The notes under the pieces are model-generated. The model was not told where the DNA came from and ran no database searches. It worked only from the letters and a program-made list of their open reading frames with translations. From a virus, in IMG/VR virus record IMGVR_UViG_3300045303_000182, positions 32,001-96,000 of that record: a stretch of DNA of 64,000 nt. One strand, written 5' to 3'. The position numbers were made by a program, and so were the translations under genes. Below, one piece after another: positions 28,901-37,221 of the stretch (its first letter is position 1; the number at the start of each line of letters is the position of its first letter).

Positions 28901-29223
28901 GCTCGGACAGCGGTCGCTGTTGCCGCCCACGTTCCCCAGGACTGAGACGAGGTGGCAGCAGTCGCGCGAACAGCCGTGGCTGTCGCCGTCCACGACCATC
29001 TCTCGGTGATGGTGCCAGCGACCGTCGGGATGGCGGCAGCGGTCCAGGGCAGGTATGTCCAGTTGGAAGCAATCGTCGCTGCTCGACCAACCGTGGCGGT
29101 GGCTGTACCAGACCAACCACCCCAGTTGGTGGTGATCGTGGCGACTACTTCAGGCTTCTCCAGAGTGCGCTGAGCGCCACTCTCAAGTGTCCGTTGAACT
29201 CCAGACTCTAGGAAGCGGCTCAC
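25945..29223 (-). CDS. Long W-G-x-W-T-A-T-A repeat fibre protein with inserted LamG-like domain
   Basis: 1092 aa; dozens of ~22-25 aa repeats; insert FSPSDIPGLTVWLEA...AEVCLYDRRLS..LRAKY. Confidence 0.8.
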   Translation of the reverse strand: MSRFLESGVQRTLESGAQRTLEKPEVVATITTNWGGWSGTATATVGRAATIASNWTYLPWTAAAIPTVAGTITERWSWTATATAVRATAATSSQSWGTWAATATAVRATAATSAQSWGTWAATATATLEHPATALTSWGTWVATATGTASSIWPATITSNWGGWSATASASVEHPASAVSSWGTWASTVTAVRATPASIATSWGGWTATAMATPELSSVILTNWGAWVATATAGVEHPASVTTVWNAVAPSFSPSDIPGLTVWLEANALPLGPLTSWSNQGSAVDIPVIGTPEPVVQGNTLNGLSSVRFKINEGRIRMSSGTGVNIDWTLVYVGRIIPGGAIGRVISGIYPPANLLVGYWNGFEDVCYDAGFTNPNTQTPMTGAWKMYSADGITGLTRFFGDGLLLGTAATSAGWSDTFAISGYDMSTAETCDAEVAEVCLYDRRLSGAQRKSVEDHLRAKYLGAGVPAGGGDFWIATATVSHPANAASSWGTWTATATSVRSTDGAISSSWGTWTATAVAAPDHPATVTSVWDAWTATAAAISEHIATSVTSWGTWTATATADPIQRNASVATNWGGWTGPATAEVEHPATIVSYWGGWLGTAEAFPVISGTAISNWGGWVADAVAVRETSATSDSPWGGWTTTAIAVVERSATATEVWSWAATATAVRTTAASSTADWGTWAATAVAVVEDSASIDTLWGGWAATATALVGHTSTITSLWGTWAATAIADPIAHIASISTNWGAWSATAIGTQEGQAVGFITTNWGGWTAIAVALPISHYGTVDTVWAWAAAATAEVEHPATSVSDWGTWTATATAQPIQRNASITTSWGTWTASAEAIHTVYASVETSWGTWQAVATAQVVAEEIDATITTNWGLWDATAVAIPLVAASATTNWGTTFLGSSATVEHPASITTTWAWTATASATRATAATITSDWGTWTATAVGDAHGITTSASISTNWGAWSATAVGVVYINHPASITTNWGRWIATAEVSVAVPGLITADWGTWTATALATIERQASILTVYAATFSATGTVEHFALAYGGWDTWDARAFAVAAGRGTTLNEADVLFLGDEAVDRVYCGDELVWELV

Positions 29224-29240
29224 GACACATCATCTCAGGT

Positions 29241-31154
29241 TCACGGCGCAGCGCCGGGTGCCCAGTAGCCCCTGGCCGCAGTCCAGTGCCAGTGAACGAC
29301 GTTCCCAGCGATCGTGGCCGACTGCCCGGATGTCCAGTGCGCTGAGGTGCTGGAGTAGTAGCCGAACAACGAGCAGGCGGTGACCTGTTCGTTGGCCGGG
29401 AGAGCCGAAATCGCAGCGTTGGTGACGACATCACTCGGGTTCACAAGCGTGCCCCCGTTGGAGGGGGCGGCACCGCTCACCCAGGCTGTGCCGTTCCAGT
29501 AGTACTGGTGGATCACTGCCCCGTTGAGCATGTTGTAGAAGCGGAAGTCGGAGTTGCAGACGGTCGTTGTACGGTTGACCCAGGCGCTTCTGAACAGCGG
29601 CACGTAGCCGTAGCCCAGCAGGGCGGCAGCGATGGTGGAGTTGGAAGCCGTCACTCGGGAGTCGATGAAGGTTTGGCCCGGTGTCACTGCATACGTCGCC
29701 GCCTCATGGATCGTCACGGGAGCCGCAAGGATCACCCAAGATGTGCCGTTCCACTGAATGATGGCGTTCCCCATCCAGACGTGCTGATCGGCGGTCCACG
29801 GCGACGACGGGCTTCCCACGAAGTAGCTGTTCATCACGGCGACCTGATCCGCAGCGGCGATCGCACCGCAGTTCGGGTTGGAGCTATTGGGGTTGTAGAG
29901 CGACAGGGTGGTCGGTGCCAGAGCCGTTGGGGTGCCGTACTGAATGTTGGCGCTCCAATGGGAACCATTCCAGAACTGGCTGGCACCCAGGTACTTCATC
30001 CTCTTGTAGGGGGCGGTGTTCGACCTCCAGGCCAGCTTCTCCGAAGCTGCTGCTCGATACCCAGCAGCGGTCAGCCACGTAGCGAAGGTGCCGTCCTGGT
30101 ACCCAATGCCCAGGGCAGGCAGGTCAGATTGATGAATGACATACTGATCATCAGGAAGCAGCGCCGTCTTGACCGGCGTCGGCGGGGCGGTACCGGGTGA
30201 CACACCGTTCATGAAGGTGCCTGTGGTCATCCCGTACATCTGCTGCCCACCGATCGTCGTGTATGACGTTGGTGACCAGACCTCGTAGTTGCCGCTAGCG
30301 CCGACAGTCGCGTACGCCTCAGCAGCCCAGGCCCGTTGTTCCGCTGGCAGCGCTGCAATGCCTGCGTGGGCGAGCGTCTGCGTCATGTAGGCGTAGTTCG
30401 TTGTCGATGCGTACGTCCACCCTCCTGCGCCGGTCCAGAAGAAGCTGTACGTAGTGTTTGCCGTGGGACTCGGGAATCTGACGGCACCAGTGGTGTTGGT
30501 GAACCCAGGCGCTCCAATAGCGGGGTTCATCGTGTAGCCGAGGCCCGTGAGCTTGGCGGCGTTGGTGGCATCACCAGCCGTGATGTTCGGGTCCATTACC
30601 ACCGCGCACCCTGGTGTGAGCGTCTTGTCCCAGGCGTTCCCCAGGTACTCCGGGCCGGTCGAGGCGAACTCCCAGGCGGTGCCGTTCCACCTGACGACGT
30701 GACCAAGAGTGTTGGAGGCGTGACTCACCACGGCGTACTGGCCTGCCGCCCACGCTGTCAGAGGGCTGGCGACGCACAGCTTGTCTAGGTTGGTGATCCT
30801 CCGAGCAAGCGACAGTCGATTCCAGTCGAGATACCAGACGTAGCTGCTACTCGCCCCGCCCGTCGGCGTGAGCGTGGTCCTGGTGTTGCTTGGGGTGAAC
30901 GGCCTCCACTCCGACCCCGACCAGAAGAACGTGCTCCCGGCGTAGGTCATCGTTGTTGTGCTACCGAACCACGCATCAACGAACTGAGGGTCGGGATAGA
31001 ACCCGCAGTAGGTCAGGTAGGGGGCCTGCTGTGACGAGTTGGTGGCGTGCGTCGGCATCAGCGGATCGGCAGCGAACACGTCCTTCGGCCAGACCGCTGC
31101 CTTGCTGGCGACGCGCGACACGATCGCTGATGCTGTGACACCAGCGATGGGCAT
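29241..31154 (-). CDS. Fibre/decoration protein with repeated WNG(T/S)xW modules
   Basis: 637 aa from MPIAG; several AW..GQ...WNGTAW units. Confidence 0.7.
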   Translation of the reverse strand: MPIAGVTASAIVSRVASKAAVWPKDVFAADPLMPTHATNSSQQAPYLTYCGFYPDPQFVDAWFGSTTTMTYAGSTFFWSGSEWRPFTPSNTRTTLTPTGGASSSYVWYLDWNRLSLARRITNLDKLCVASPLTAWAAGQYAVVSHASNTLGHVVRWNGTAWEFASTGPEYLGNAWDKTLTPGCAVVMDPNITAGDATNAAKLTGLGYTMNPAIGAPGFTNTTGAVRFPSPTANTTYSFFWTGAGGWTYASTTNYAYMTQTLAHAGIAALPAEQRAWAAEAYATVGASGNYEVWSPTSYTTIGGQQMYGMTTGTFMNGVSPGTAPPTPVKTALLPDDQYVIHQSDLPALGIGYQDGTFATWLTAAGYRAAASEKLAWRSNTAPYKRMKYLGASQFWNGSHWSANIQYGTPTALAPTTLSLYNPNSSNPNCGAIAAADQVAVMNSYFVGSPSSPWTADQHVWMGNAIIQWNGTSWVILAAPVTIHEAATYAVTPGQTFIDSRVTASNSTIAAALLGYGYVPLFRSAWVNRTTTVCNSDFRFYNMLNGAVIHQYYWNGTAWVSGAAPSNGGTLVNPSDVVTNAAISALPANEQVTACSLFGYYSSTSAHWTSGQSATIAGNVVHWHWTAARGYWAPGAAP

Positions 31155-33169
31155 CAGCCAAGATCCCCGAACACAACCCAACGAGTGCTGCTGATCAGCT
31201 TCGCTGTGACAACACCGTTCTGTGCCCGAATCGCGAGCTTGCCGTCAGCCGAGACGATCGTCGCGCCCGACCCTGCTGCGAACGTCACCGTCTGAGTCGT
31301 ATCACGCATGTAGTGGTACTCAGACCCGACCACGATGCTGGTGTTGGCAGCCGTGCCCAGCGTGATGGTGACCGCTGAAGCAGTGGTCAGGTAGCAGAAG
31401 TCCCCAGCACCCGATGGTAGAGGCGAGATCGAAGCGGAGACCGAGGTGGTGACGGGCGCTCCCCCACCACGCTTTGCCCACACCAAGGCGTAAGAGCCAA
31501 CCGCGGCTGGCGCATTGGATGTGCAGGTCCACTCGGTATCAGCTTGCGCTGTTCCCTCGGACACGAACACCGTGGCGTTGGTAGCAGTCGATGAGGTCGC
31601 CATATCAGTAGCGCGCGTCCATGCCCCGTTGGCGACCACGTAAATGCCGTTCTGAGTCTGAGTGGTCTGATCCTTCACCAGGACACGGTTGCCAGACACC
31701 GCACTGACACCGTCAATGGTCTGCGCTCCGCTCAGCGACGCGATGTTGGCTGTGCTGGCGCACCGCACCGCCGCCTTCCACGACAGAGTGAGAGGAACAG
31801 CATCGACGTACCCCTTGTTGGCAGCGTCGGTGTCGTTGTTCGGGCTGGAGACGTTCCTGACGTAGTACCCGCCGAACGACACGTTGCCTGTCGGTACAGC
31901 CAGGGCGTTGAGCGGGATGGTCGAGTGGGCCGCAGCGTTGTGGGAGGCAGGATCGAGCGCACCTAGTTGCTGCCAGCCCGTCCACCCACTCGGTCCATCG
32001 ACGTAGGTGTACGCCCGAAAGAAGACCAGGGGAAGGGCGGCTGGGATGTAGCCGTCGGTGGGGTGCGCTGTCCACTTCTGAGCGACTTGGACGGAGTCAC
32101 CGCGAACGACCTCGAGCGTCCCCGGATACGTGTTCGCCATCGCCGGCGCGTGCTGAGCCGTCGCGTTGTTCGTGTAGCTGGTCGTGTACTGCCCTCGGTT
32201 CGTGAAGGTGTCCCAGTCTTGAGTCGAACCGACGTTGCCAATGACGTTCGTTCCAAATGTGACCGTGGGGTCTTTCCAGTACCCGTCGTCACACAACACG
32301 TTGTAGCCAGAACCAGACGCGGGACCGGGAACCAGACCCTTCGTGTTCCACTGGAAGACGGGGAGCAGCGCGGCGGCTTGAGCAGCAGTCAGATCCTTCG
32401 GGTCAGCGGTCGAGCCAGTGTTGTTGCCCTTGAAGGTGTTGGCAGGCATGTTCGCCAACACACTGTTGGTGACGGAGTCAGCAGAGGACGCTGGCGTGAA
32501 CTCCCAAATGGATTCGTACCACGTAGCGCCGCCACCAGCGGCAAGCCCGATAACGACGGGCACCTGAACGTAGTCACCCAACAGGCCACTCACTCCAGTG
32601 GTCGTGAACAATGACCGCTCAGTGGGGTTGCCAACGATCGAGCCGAGGATTCGTGAGCCGGGTGGCAGCGTCAACAGGAACGCCGTGAGATCGGTGCTGT
32701 TCTTGTCGTAGATCGAGAACCGCAGCCATGTCGGGGAGTTGGTGTACGAGAAGTAGCCCGTACTGGTTGACACCTCTGACATCCCTGGCACTGCTCCAGG
32801 CGTGATGTTGCCATTCCACCTGTAGGGCAGTGGGACGTTCTGCCAGTAGGCGTCTCCATCAGAGTCGCTGTTCTTGGTCAACACCTGACTGGTTGTGCCG
32901 CCGTTGGGCGCTGGCGGGCTGTACCAGTCCCACATGTCAACGTCCGGTCCCCAACTCTTGAGCACTCGGTTGGCGCTTCCCGGCGCAGGGAGCGGTGGAG
33001 CACCGACGCCGTTGGCGTTGAGGAAGGTGACCATCTCCGACAGCGTGAGGCTCTTGTTGGTCCCCGTCGGAGCCATCGACTTGTCGGAGACATCGACCGT
33101 CTCGATCAGGTCGGCCCCGGTGGCGACATCCCCGGTCAACGCCGCCAGTTCAGTGATCTTGCCTGGCAT
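31154..33169 (-). CDS. Mosaic tail/neck fibre protein
   Basis: KITELAAL, GGTTSQVLTKNSDSDGDAYW, DAANKGYVD, RVLVKDQTTQTQNGIY, WVVFGDL. Confidence 0.8.
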   Translation of the reverse strand: MPGKITELAALTGDVATGADLIETVDVSDKSMAPTGTNKSLTLSEMVTFLNANGVGAPPLPAPGSANRVLKSWGPDVDMWDWYSPPAPNGGTTSQVLTKNSDSDGDAYWQNVPLPYRWNGNITPGAVPGMSEVSTSTGYFSYTNSPTWLRFSIYDKNSTDLTAFLLTLPPGSRILGSIVGNPTERSLFTTTGVSGLLGDYVQVPVVIGLAAGGGATWYESIWEFTPASSADSVTNSVLANMPANTFKGNNTGSTADPKDLTAAQAAALLPVFQWNTKGLVPGPASGSGYNVLCDDGYWKDPTVTFGTNVIGNVGSTQDWDTFTNRGQYTTSYTNNATAQHAPAMANTYPGTLEVVRGDSVQVAQKWTAHPTDGYIPAALPLVFFRAYTYVDGPSGWTGWQQLGALDPASHNAAAHSTIPLNALAVPTGNVSFGGYYVRNVSSPNNDTDAANKGYVDAVPLTLSWKAAVRCASTANIASLSGAQTIDGVSAVSGNRVLVKDQTTQTQNGIYVVANGAWTRATDMATSSTATNATVFVSEGTAQADTEWTCTSNAPAAVGSYALVWAKRGGGAPVTTSVSASISPLPSGAGDFCYLTTASAVTITLGTAANTSIVVGSEYHYMRDTTQTVTFAAGSGATIVSADGKLAIRAQNGVVTAKLISSTRWVVFGDLG

Positions 33170-33180
33170 CAGCCGACCAC

Positions 33181-33576
33181 CTACGCGGCGACGTTGAGGC
33201 CGATGGAGATGGCTCCGATCGCGAACGTCAGTGTGTCACCAGCGGTGTAGGCGTTGGCGGTGATGATCCCTGAGCCGAGGAAGTTGCCCGCCGAGGTGGC
33301 GTCCCACAGGGAGTAGTGAGAGGCGTCCTGCGAACCAGCGATGCCGGTGTACTGCACCTGCGCGTCGTTGAGGATCGAAGTGACGCCAGCAGCCGTCGAG
33401 ACGTTGCCCATGGAGACAGCCTTGCGGGCCGTTTCCGTCGCTGGCGCGGTCACGCCGGCAGCGCCGGGGTCAGCGATGTGGAGTTGGATGTATGTCTGGG
33501 CGACAGAGAACGACAGCGCGTTGAACGTAGCGTCGAGCCACTTGCCGACCAGATAGGAGCTTGGTCCTAGTGCCAT
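33181..33576 (-). CDS. Small virion fibre/decoration protein
   Basis: YIQLHIADPG..HYSLWDATSAGNFL..GDTLTF. Confidence 0.75.
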   Translation of the reverse strand: MALGPSSYLVGKWLDATFNALSFSVAQTYIQLHIADPGAAGVTAPATETARKAVSMGNVSTAAGVTSILNDAQVQYTGIAGSQDASHYSLWDATSAGNFLGSGIITANAYTAGDTLTFAIGAISIGLNVAA

Positions 33577-33597
33577 GTCTGGTTACCTTTCGTTGAG

Positions 33598-33864
33598 TCA
33601 CCCAATGATGACATAGAGCGTTTGTGAGTCTTTGACAATCAGTGCGTCGTACTGGGCCTGGGTCATGCGGACCCACTTGGCGTCAGCGCCTGGTGGGCCT
33701 GGTGGACCGGGAGGCCCTTGGTCACCCTTGGGACCGTGTTCGATGACTCCTATCTCGATATCGGCAGGCCGTACCGGGGTAACAACGACACCACTGCTGC
33801 CATTGCCCGTCCAGACATGGATCGGAGCTTCTTGGCCGGTGCGAACGAGAACGTCAGAACTCAT
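33598..33864 (-). CDS. Collagen-like short fibre protein
   Basis: GPKGDQGPPGPPGPPG; C-terminal MTQAQYDAL..TLYVI. Confidence 0.75.
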   Translation of the reverse strand: MSSDVLVRTGQEAPIHVWTGNGSSGVVVTPVRPADIEIGVIEHGPKGDQGPPGPPGPPGADAKWVRMTQAQYDALIVKDSQTLYVIIG

Positions 33865-34601
33865 GGCACCCTTCCGTTGGGACCGACGCACCAGCCGCCC
33901 GTGGTGATCACGGTGACAGTGGGAGGCGGTCCCGGCCAGGGAACGAGCGGGTACCCAGCGCCGCCACCGATGAGCACATCGGTCTCGGTGACGCGCGGCG
34001 CGATGTTGACGATGCCGTAGAGCCATGTGCGAAGAGCGTCAGGCGGGGGCCAGATCTCGTCCTCGGGCAGGTCGATGGGCATCGGGAAGCGCGAGAGATC
34101 AACGGCCGAGAGCGAGTACAGATCCCAGCGGTACTGGCCGTAGTGGCGGTTGTCGGCGCGCGGCAGGAACAACTCCACCTTGGTGTACTCGGTGTCCTCG
34201 TCAGCCCCTGGGTGGAACTCAGCGGCCGTGACGAAGTCAGCGACGAGCGTGGACTGGTAGCGGTGGAGCACCCTGATCTGAGCGAACCACTGCTGGTCGC
34301 TCATGTCGTCGCCAGCGATCGAGGGGTCGTTGAAGTAGAGCGGGATGACCACGTCGTCGCCCTGGTAGAAGAGCAGGTCGCAGCGCGACGGCGTGCGCTC
34401 CCACAGCTTGTGCCCGTCGGCGGTGGTTGCCGAGCTCGAGCCGTCCCCGTTCACGATGTTCGGCGGATAGAAGGGTACGACGGGCTGATACCACGGTAAG
34501 GACGGTGCGACCTCGCCAGGCTCCAGCACCAACTGGGCCGTCCCGGCGATCCGGGTGGGCATGTTCGGTCCGAAGACCTGGGCGACCTGTTGTCCTGCCA
34601 T
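33861..34601 (-). CDS. BppU-like virion adaptor protein
   Basis: DLLFYQGDD..AQIR..YRWDL..TWLYGIVNIAPRVT. Confidence 0.65.
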   Translation of the reverse strand: MAGQQVAQVFGPNMPTRIAGTAQLVLEPGEVAPSLPWYQPVVPFYPPNIVNGDGSSSATTADGHKLWERTPSRCDLLFYQGDDVVIPLYFNDPSIAGDDMSDQQWFAQIRVLHRYQSTLVADFVTAAEFHPGADEDTEYTKVELFLPRADNRHYGQYRWDLYSLSAVDLSRFPMPIDLPEDEIWPPPDALRTWLYGIVNIAPRVTETDVLIGGGAGYPLVPWPGPPPTVTVITTGGWCVGPNGRVP

Positions 34602-36163
34602 CACGACCTCACGTAGCTGTAGACGGTGAGATATTCCGGGGTGATGTCGAAGGCTGTGTCACCACCGACTTGGTCCTCAGCCATGACGTGCTCATGCTCA
34701 GGGATCGGGTCGATCCAAGCCGTGTGGGTGTGCTCACCGTTGGGGTCCACGTTGTGCCAGTGCTCGGAGCGAGCGGTGCTGACGCGGACGTTCGACAGGG
34801 CAGGCGAGGTCCACTGCAGAGCCTCGACCGAGTAGGTGTGGTTGCGGTCGTTGAAGAGGGCGTCGATCTTGTTCTGCCCACCCCACACCAGCGCCACGAC
34901 GGCGGTGCCACCGAGGCCCGCGTAGTCGAAGCCGTTGTGGGCGTGACCGTCATCGTTCACATCGTGTTCGTGGGTGCCGCCGTAGACGTTGTGTCCATGG
35001 TTGCCGGCGCGGCTGACGTTGACCTTCGCGTTGACTGCGCCAGCAGGCTGCGACCGCGGCCGGTGCCCGTGGCGAGGCATGTGGGCGACCTGGAGCGTGA
35101 TCAGGTTGTTGGCGTGGGTTGACACCTTCAGCCCCGGCTTGCGACCCCAGTCGCAGATCATCGCCAGCTTCTGAGCGTTGGGCAGTTGGATGTACCGCGG
35201 TGTGTCATTGACGATGAGGTGCTGCATGCCCTGGACATCGAACAGCAGCGGCGCATCCTCCTCGTAGACCTTGCGGCCGTCGATCGGGATCCAACCGAGC
35301 GGAGTCATCACGCTCGGCTGCTCCAGGCTGGTGATGATGGTGCCAGGAGGGTTGGCCGACTTGGTGGTCGCCAACTCTTCCCAGGCGTTGCCACGCCAGA
35401 CGAAGATCTTGCCCCTGGTCTTGTCCTGCCAGATCGTCCCCGGCTCCAACGGTGCTACTGGCTGCACGGTGTCCCAGTGCAGGTTGGCCCCGTAGACGTT
35501 GCCGACAGCGGTGATGTCGCCCTTGGCGAAGACGTTGCCGTCAGCGGTGAGCGTCCCCTCCAGCTTGAGGTTCTTGTGGATGCTCAGCGTCTCGGGAGCG
35601 CTGCGCCACATCCAGGTGTCGTTCTCCCACACCGTACGGCCGTCGCCGTTGAGGAGGAAGTGATTGCCGGTGCCGTTGAGGTTGCGGAGCAGCGCGTCGT
35701 CGGGCGAGATCTTCGTCAGCAGGTTCTTGCTGACGAACTTGCGCTTGTCGATGACGTTGTCCGACAGGCTCTGCACGCCGGTCGGGCAGAACACCGCTGC
35801 GAGCACGGTGACGCCCAACGGCGGGTCGGGGAACACCGGGTCCACGGCCGGCGTGCCCACAATGACCGTGAGGGTGCCTCCAGCGTCGGCCACGACGAGA
35901 ACGAAGCGATCCTGGGCGCTGGTGACGCCGAGGCCGACCGTACCCGGAGCAAGGGTGACGATGGCACCGTTGACGAGGAGCGTGCCTCCAGGAGTCGAAG
36001 CCGTGGTGCCAGCGACAGTGACTCCACAGCCCTCGATCACACCCCACAGAGGGTGCGCGAGGGTGTTGAAGTCCACCCGGTCTGGCTCGGCCATCCGAGG
36101 GTTGGTGACATCGCTTGCATTCGGGATCAGGAATCCGTCGTGCAAGACCTTCGGACGAGCCAT
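34601..36163 (-). CDS. Fibre with tail-collar domain and HxH metal-binding needle
   Basis: PPGTII..GWIPIDG collar; HGH/HEH/HAH/HWH/HTH repeats; DITPEYLTVYSYVR. Confidence 0.8.
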   Translation of the reverse strand: MARPKVLHDGFLIPNASDVTNPRMAEPDRVDFNTLAHPLWGVIEGCGVTVAGTTASTPGGTLLVNGAIVTLAPGTVGLGVTSAQDRFVLVVADAGGTLTVIVGTPAVDPVFPDPPLGVTVLAAVFCPTGVQSLSDNVIDKRKFVSKNLLTKISPDDALLRNLNGTGNHFLLNGDGRTVWENDTWMWRSAPETLSIHKNLKLEGTLTADGNVFAKGDITAVGNVYGANLHWDTVQPVAPLEPGTIWQDKTRGKIFVWRGNAWEELATTKSANPPGTIITSLEQPSVMTPLGWIPIDGRKVYEEDAPLLFDVQGMQHLIVNDTPRYIQLPNAQKLAMICDWGRKPGLKVSTHANNLITLQVAHMPRHGHRPRSQPAGAVNAKVNVSRAGNHGHNVYGGTHEHDVNDDGHAHNGFDYAGLGGTAVVALVWGGQNKIDALFNDRNHTYSVEALQWTSPALSNVRVSTARSEHWHNVDPNGEHTHTAWIDPIPEHEHVMAEDQVGGDTAFDITPEYLTVYSYVRS

Positions 36164-36175
36164 GGCCTCCCTCTC

Positions 36176-36508
36176 TCAGCTTCTCACGTAGATCTTCCCC
36201 AAGTCCCAAAGGTAGGCGGCGATGTGGCGGGGAACGCGGTAGCGCTTCCCGGCCTCGAGGCGGAAGGAGACGTGCGGGTTGCCGTACGTGAACTCCTCGA
36301 TCGTCTCAGCCATGCGGATCTCGACCATGCCATCGGGGTCCACCTTGGGGGGTGGATCGTTGATCTGCTCGACCTCGATCTCGCGCCTGCCCCCGAAACC
36401 GAGGTCGGATGGGCGAGTGACTTCACTGGTTGCCGGATCCATCTCTGGATCGATCTCGACTTCGGGAACTACTTCCTCATCGAGAGGCTGGGGCTGTCTG
36501 GTTGGCAC
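36176..36508 (-). CDS. Head-associated protein (hypothetical)
   Basis: FRLEAGKRYRVPRHIAAYL; downstream of the capsid gene. Confidence 0.6.
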   Translation of the reverse strand: MPTRQPQPLDEEVVPEVEIDPEMDPATSEVTRPSDLGFGGRREIEVEQINDPPPKVDPDGMVEIRMAETIEEFTYGNPHVSFRLEAGKRYRVPRHIAAYLWDLGKIYVRS

Positions 36509-36548
36509 GTCTGGTTCTCCTGCTGGTATCCCGGTATGGAAGCCGAGA

Positions 36549-37145
36549 CTACTCCCCGGCTACGACGCCCTCGAGGTAGGCGACGAGCGTCGTGCGGTTC
36601 TTGCCTGCCTTCTCGCTGGCGAGCACCGCTTCGGCTTCGTCGGGGTTGTCGTTGATGAAGTCCTCGATCTCGGCCACCGTGTAGTCGGCCGGGTCGAAGC
36701 CCAACTCGACCTCGTCGTCCTCGACAGGCACGTCGGGCACGTCTTCGCCCGTGTCGGCGTCGTAGATGACCGGCTCGTCATCCTCATCGACTCGACGCGG
36801 ACCAGCCGTGAGGGACTGGACGATGATCGGGTAGCTCCCACCGGCAGGCGGGCCTGCGCCGGCAGCGACGGTGAGCGTCGCCGTCTTGGCACCAGCCGAG
36901 GCGAAGGTGACCGAGATCGGCCCCTTGTTGTCGGTGGCCGTGGCGGGCACGCCATCGGGGGTGAAGGTCCAGTCGTAGTCGGCGGCGGCGCGCGACTTGT
37001 CCTTGGCTTCGAAGGTGAACTTGCGGCCGTTGGTCTGGTCGGCGGTGGCCTTGACATCAGCCGTCTCCACGACGTTGCCACTGCCTCCCCCACTTGCTCC
37101 AGTGCCGCCGTACATGTTGGGGCCGTGAACGGAAACGATGCTCAT
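36549..37145 (-). CDS. PKD/Ig-like capsid decoration protein
   Basis: YDWTF..VTFASAGAKTATLTV; C-terminal DPADYTVAEI..EKAGKNRTTL. Confidence 0.7.
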   Translation of the reverse strand: MSIVSVHGPNMYGGTGASGGGSGNVVETADVKATADQTNGRKFTFEAKDKSRAAADYDWTFTPDGVPATATDNKGPISVTFASAGAKTATLTVAAGAGPPAGGSYPIIVQSLTAGPRRVDEDDEPVIYDADTGEDVPDVPVEDDEVELGFDPADYTVAEIEDFINDNPDEAEAVLASEKAGKNRTTLVAYLEGVVAGE

Positions 37146-37174
37146 GCGATACCTCTTCCTCGGGATGCGCCAGA

Positions 37175-37215
37175 GCGCCAAGGAGCCGCCGCGGGCGGGG
37201 ACGACTCCCTGGCGC
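37175..37215 (-). terminator. Stem-loop directly after the major capsid gene
   Basis: Minus strand GCGCCAGGGAGUCGUC / GGCGGCUCCUUGGCGC: 16 pairs including 3 G-U, so strand-specific. Confidence 0.65.
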
Positions 37216-37221
37216 GGCTGG

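Noticed and set aside
25945-29223. CRISPR array or DNA tandem repeat
   Set aside because: Repeats are degenerate, in frame and conserved at protein level; no identical repeat-spacer structure
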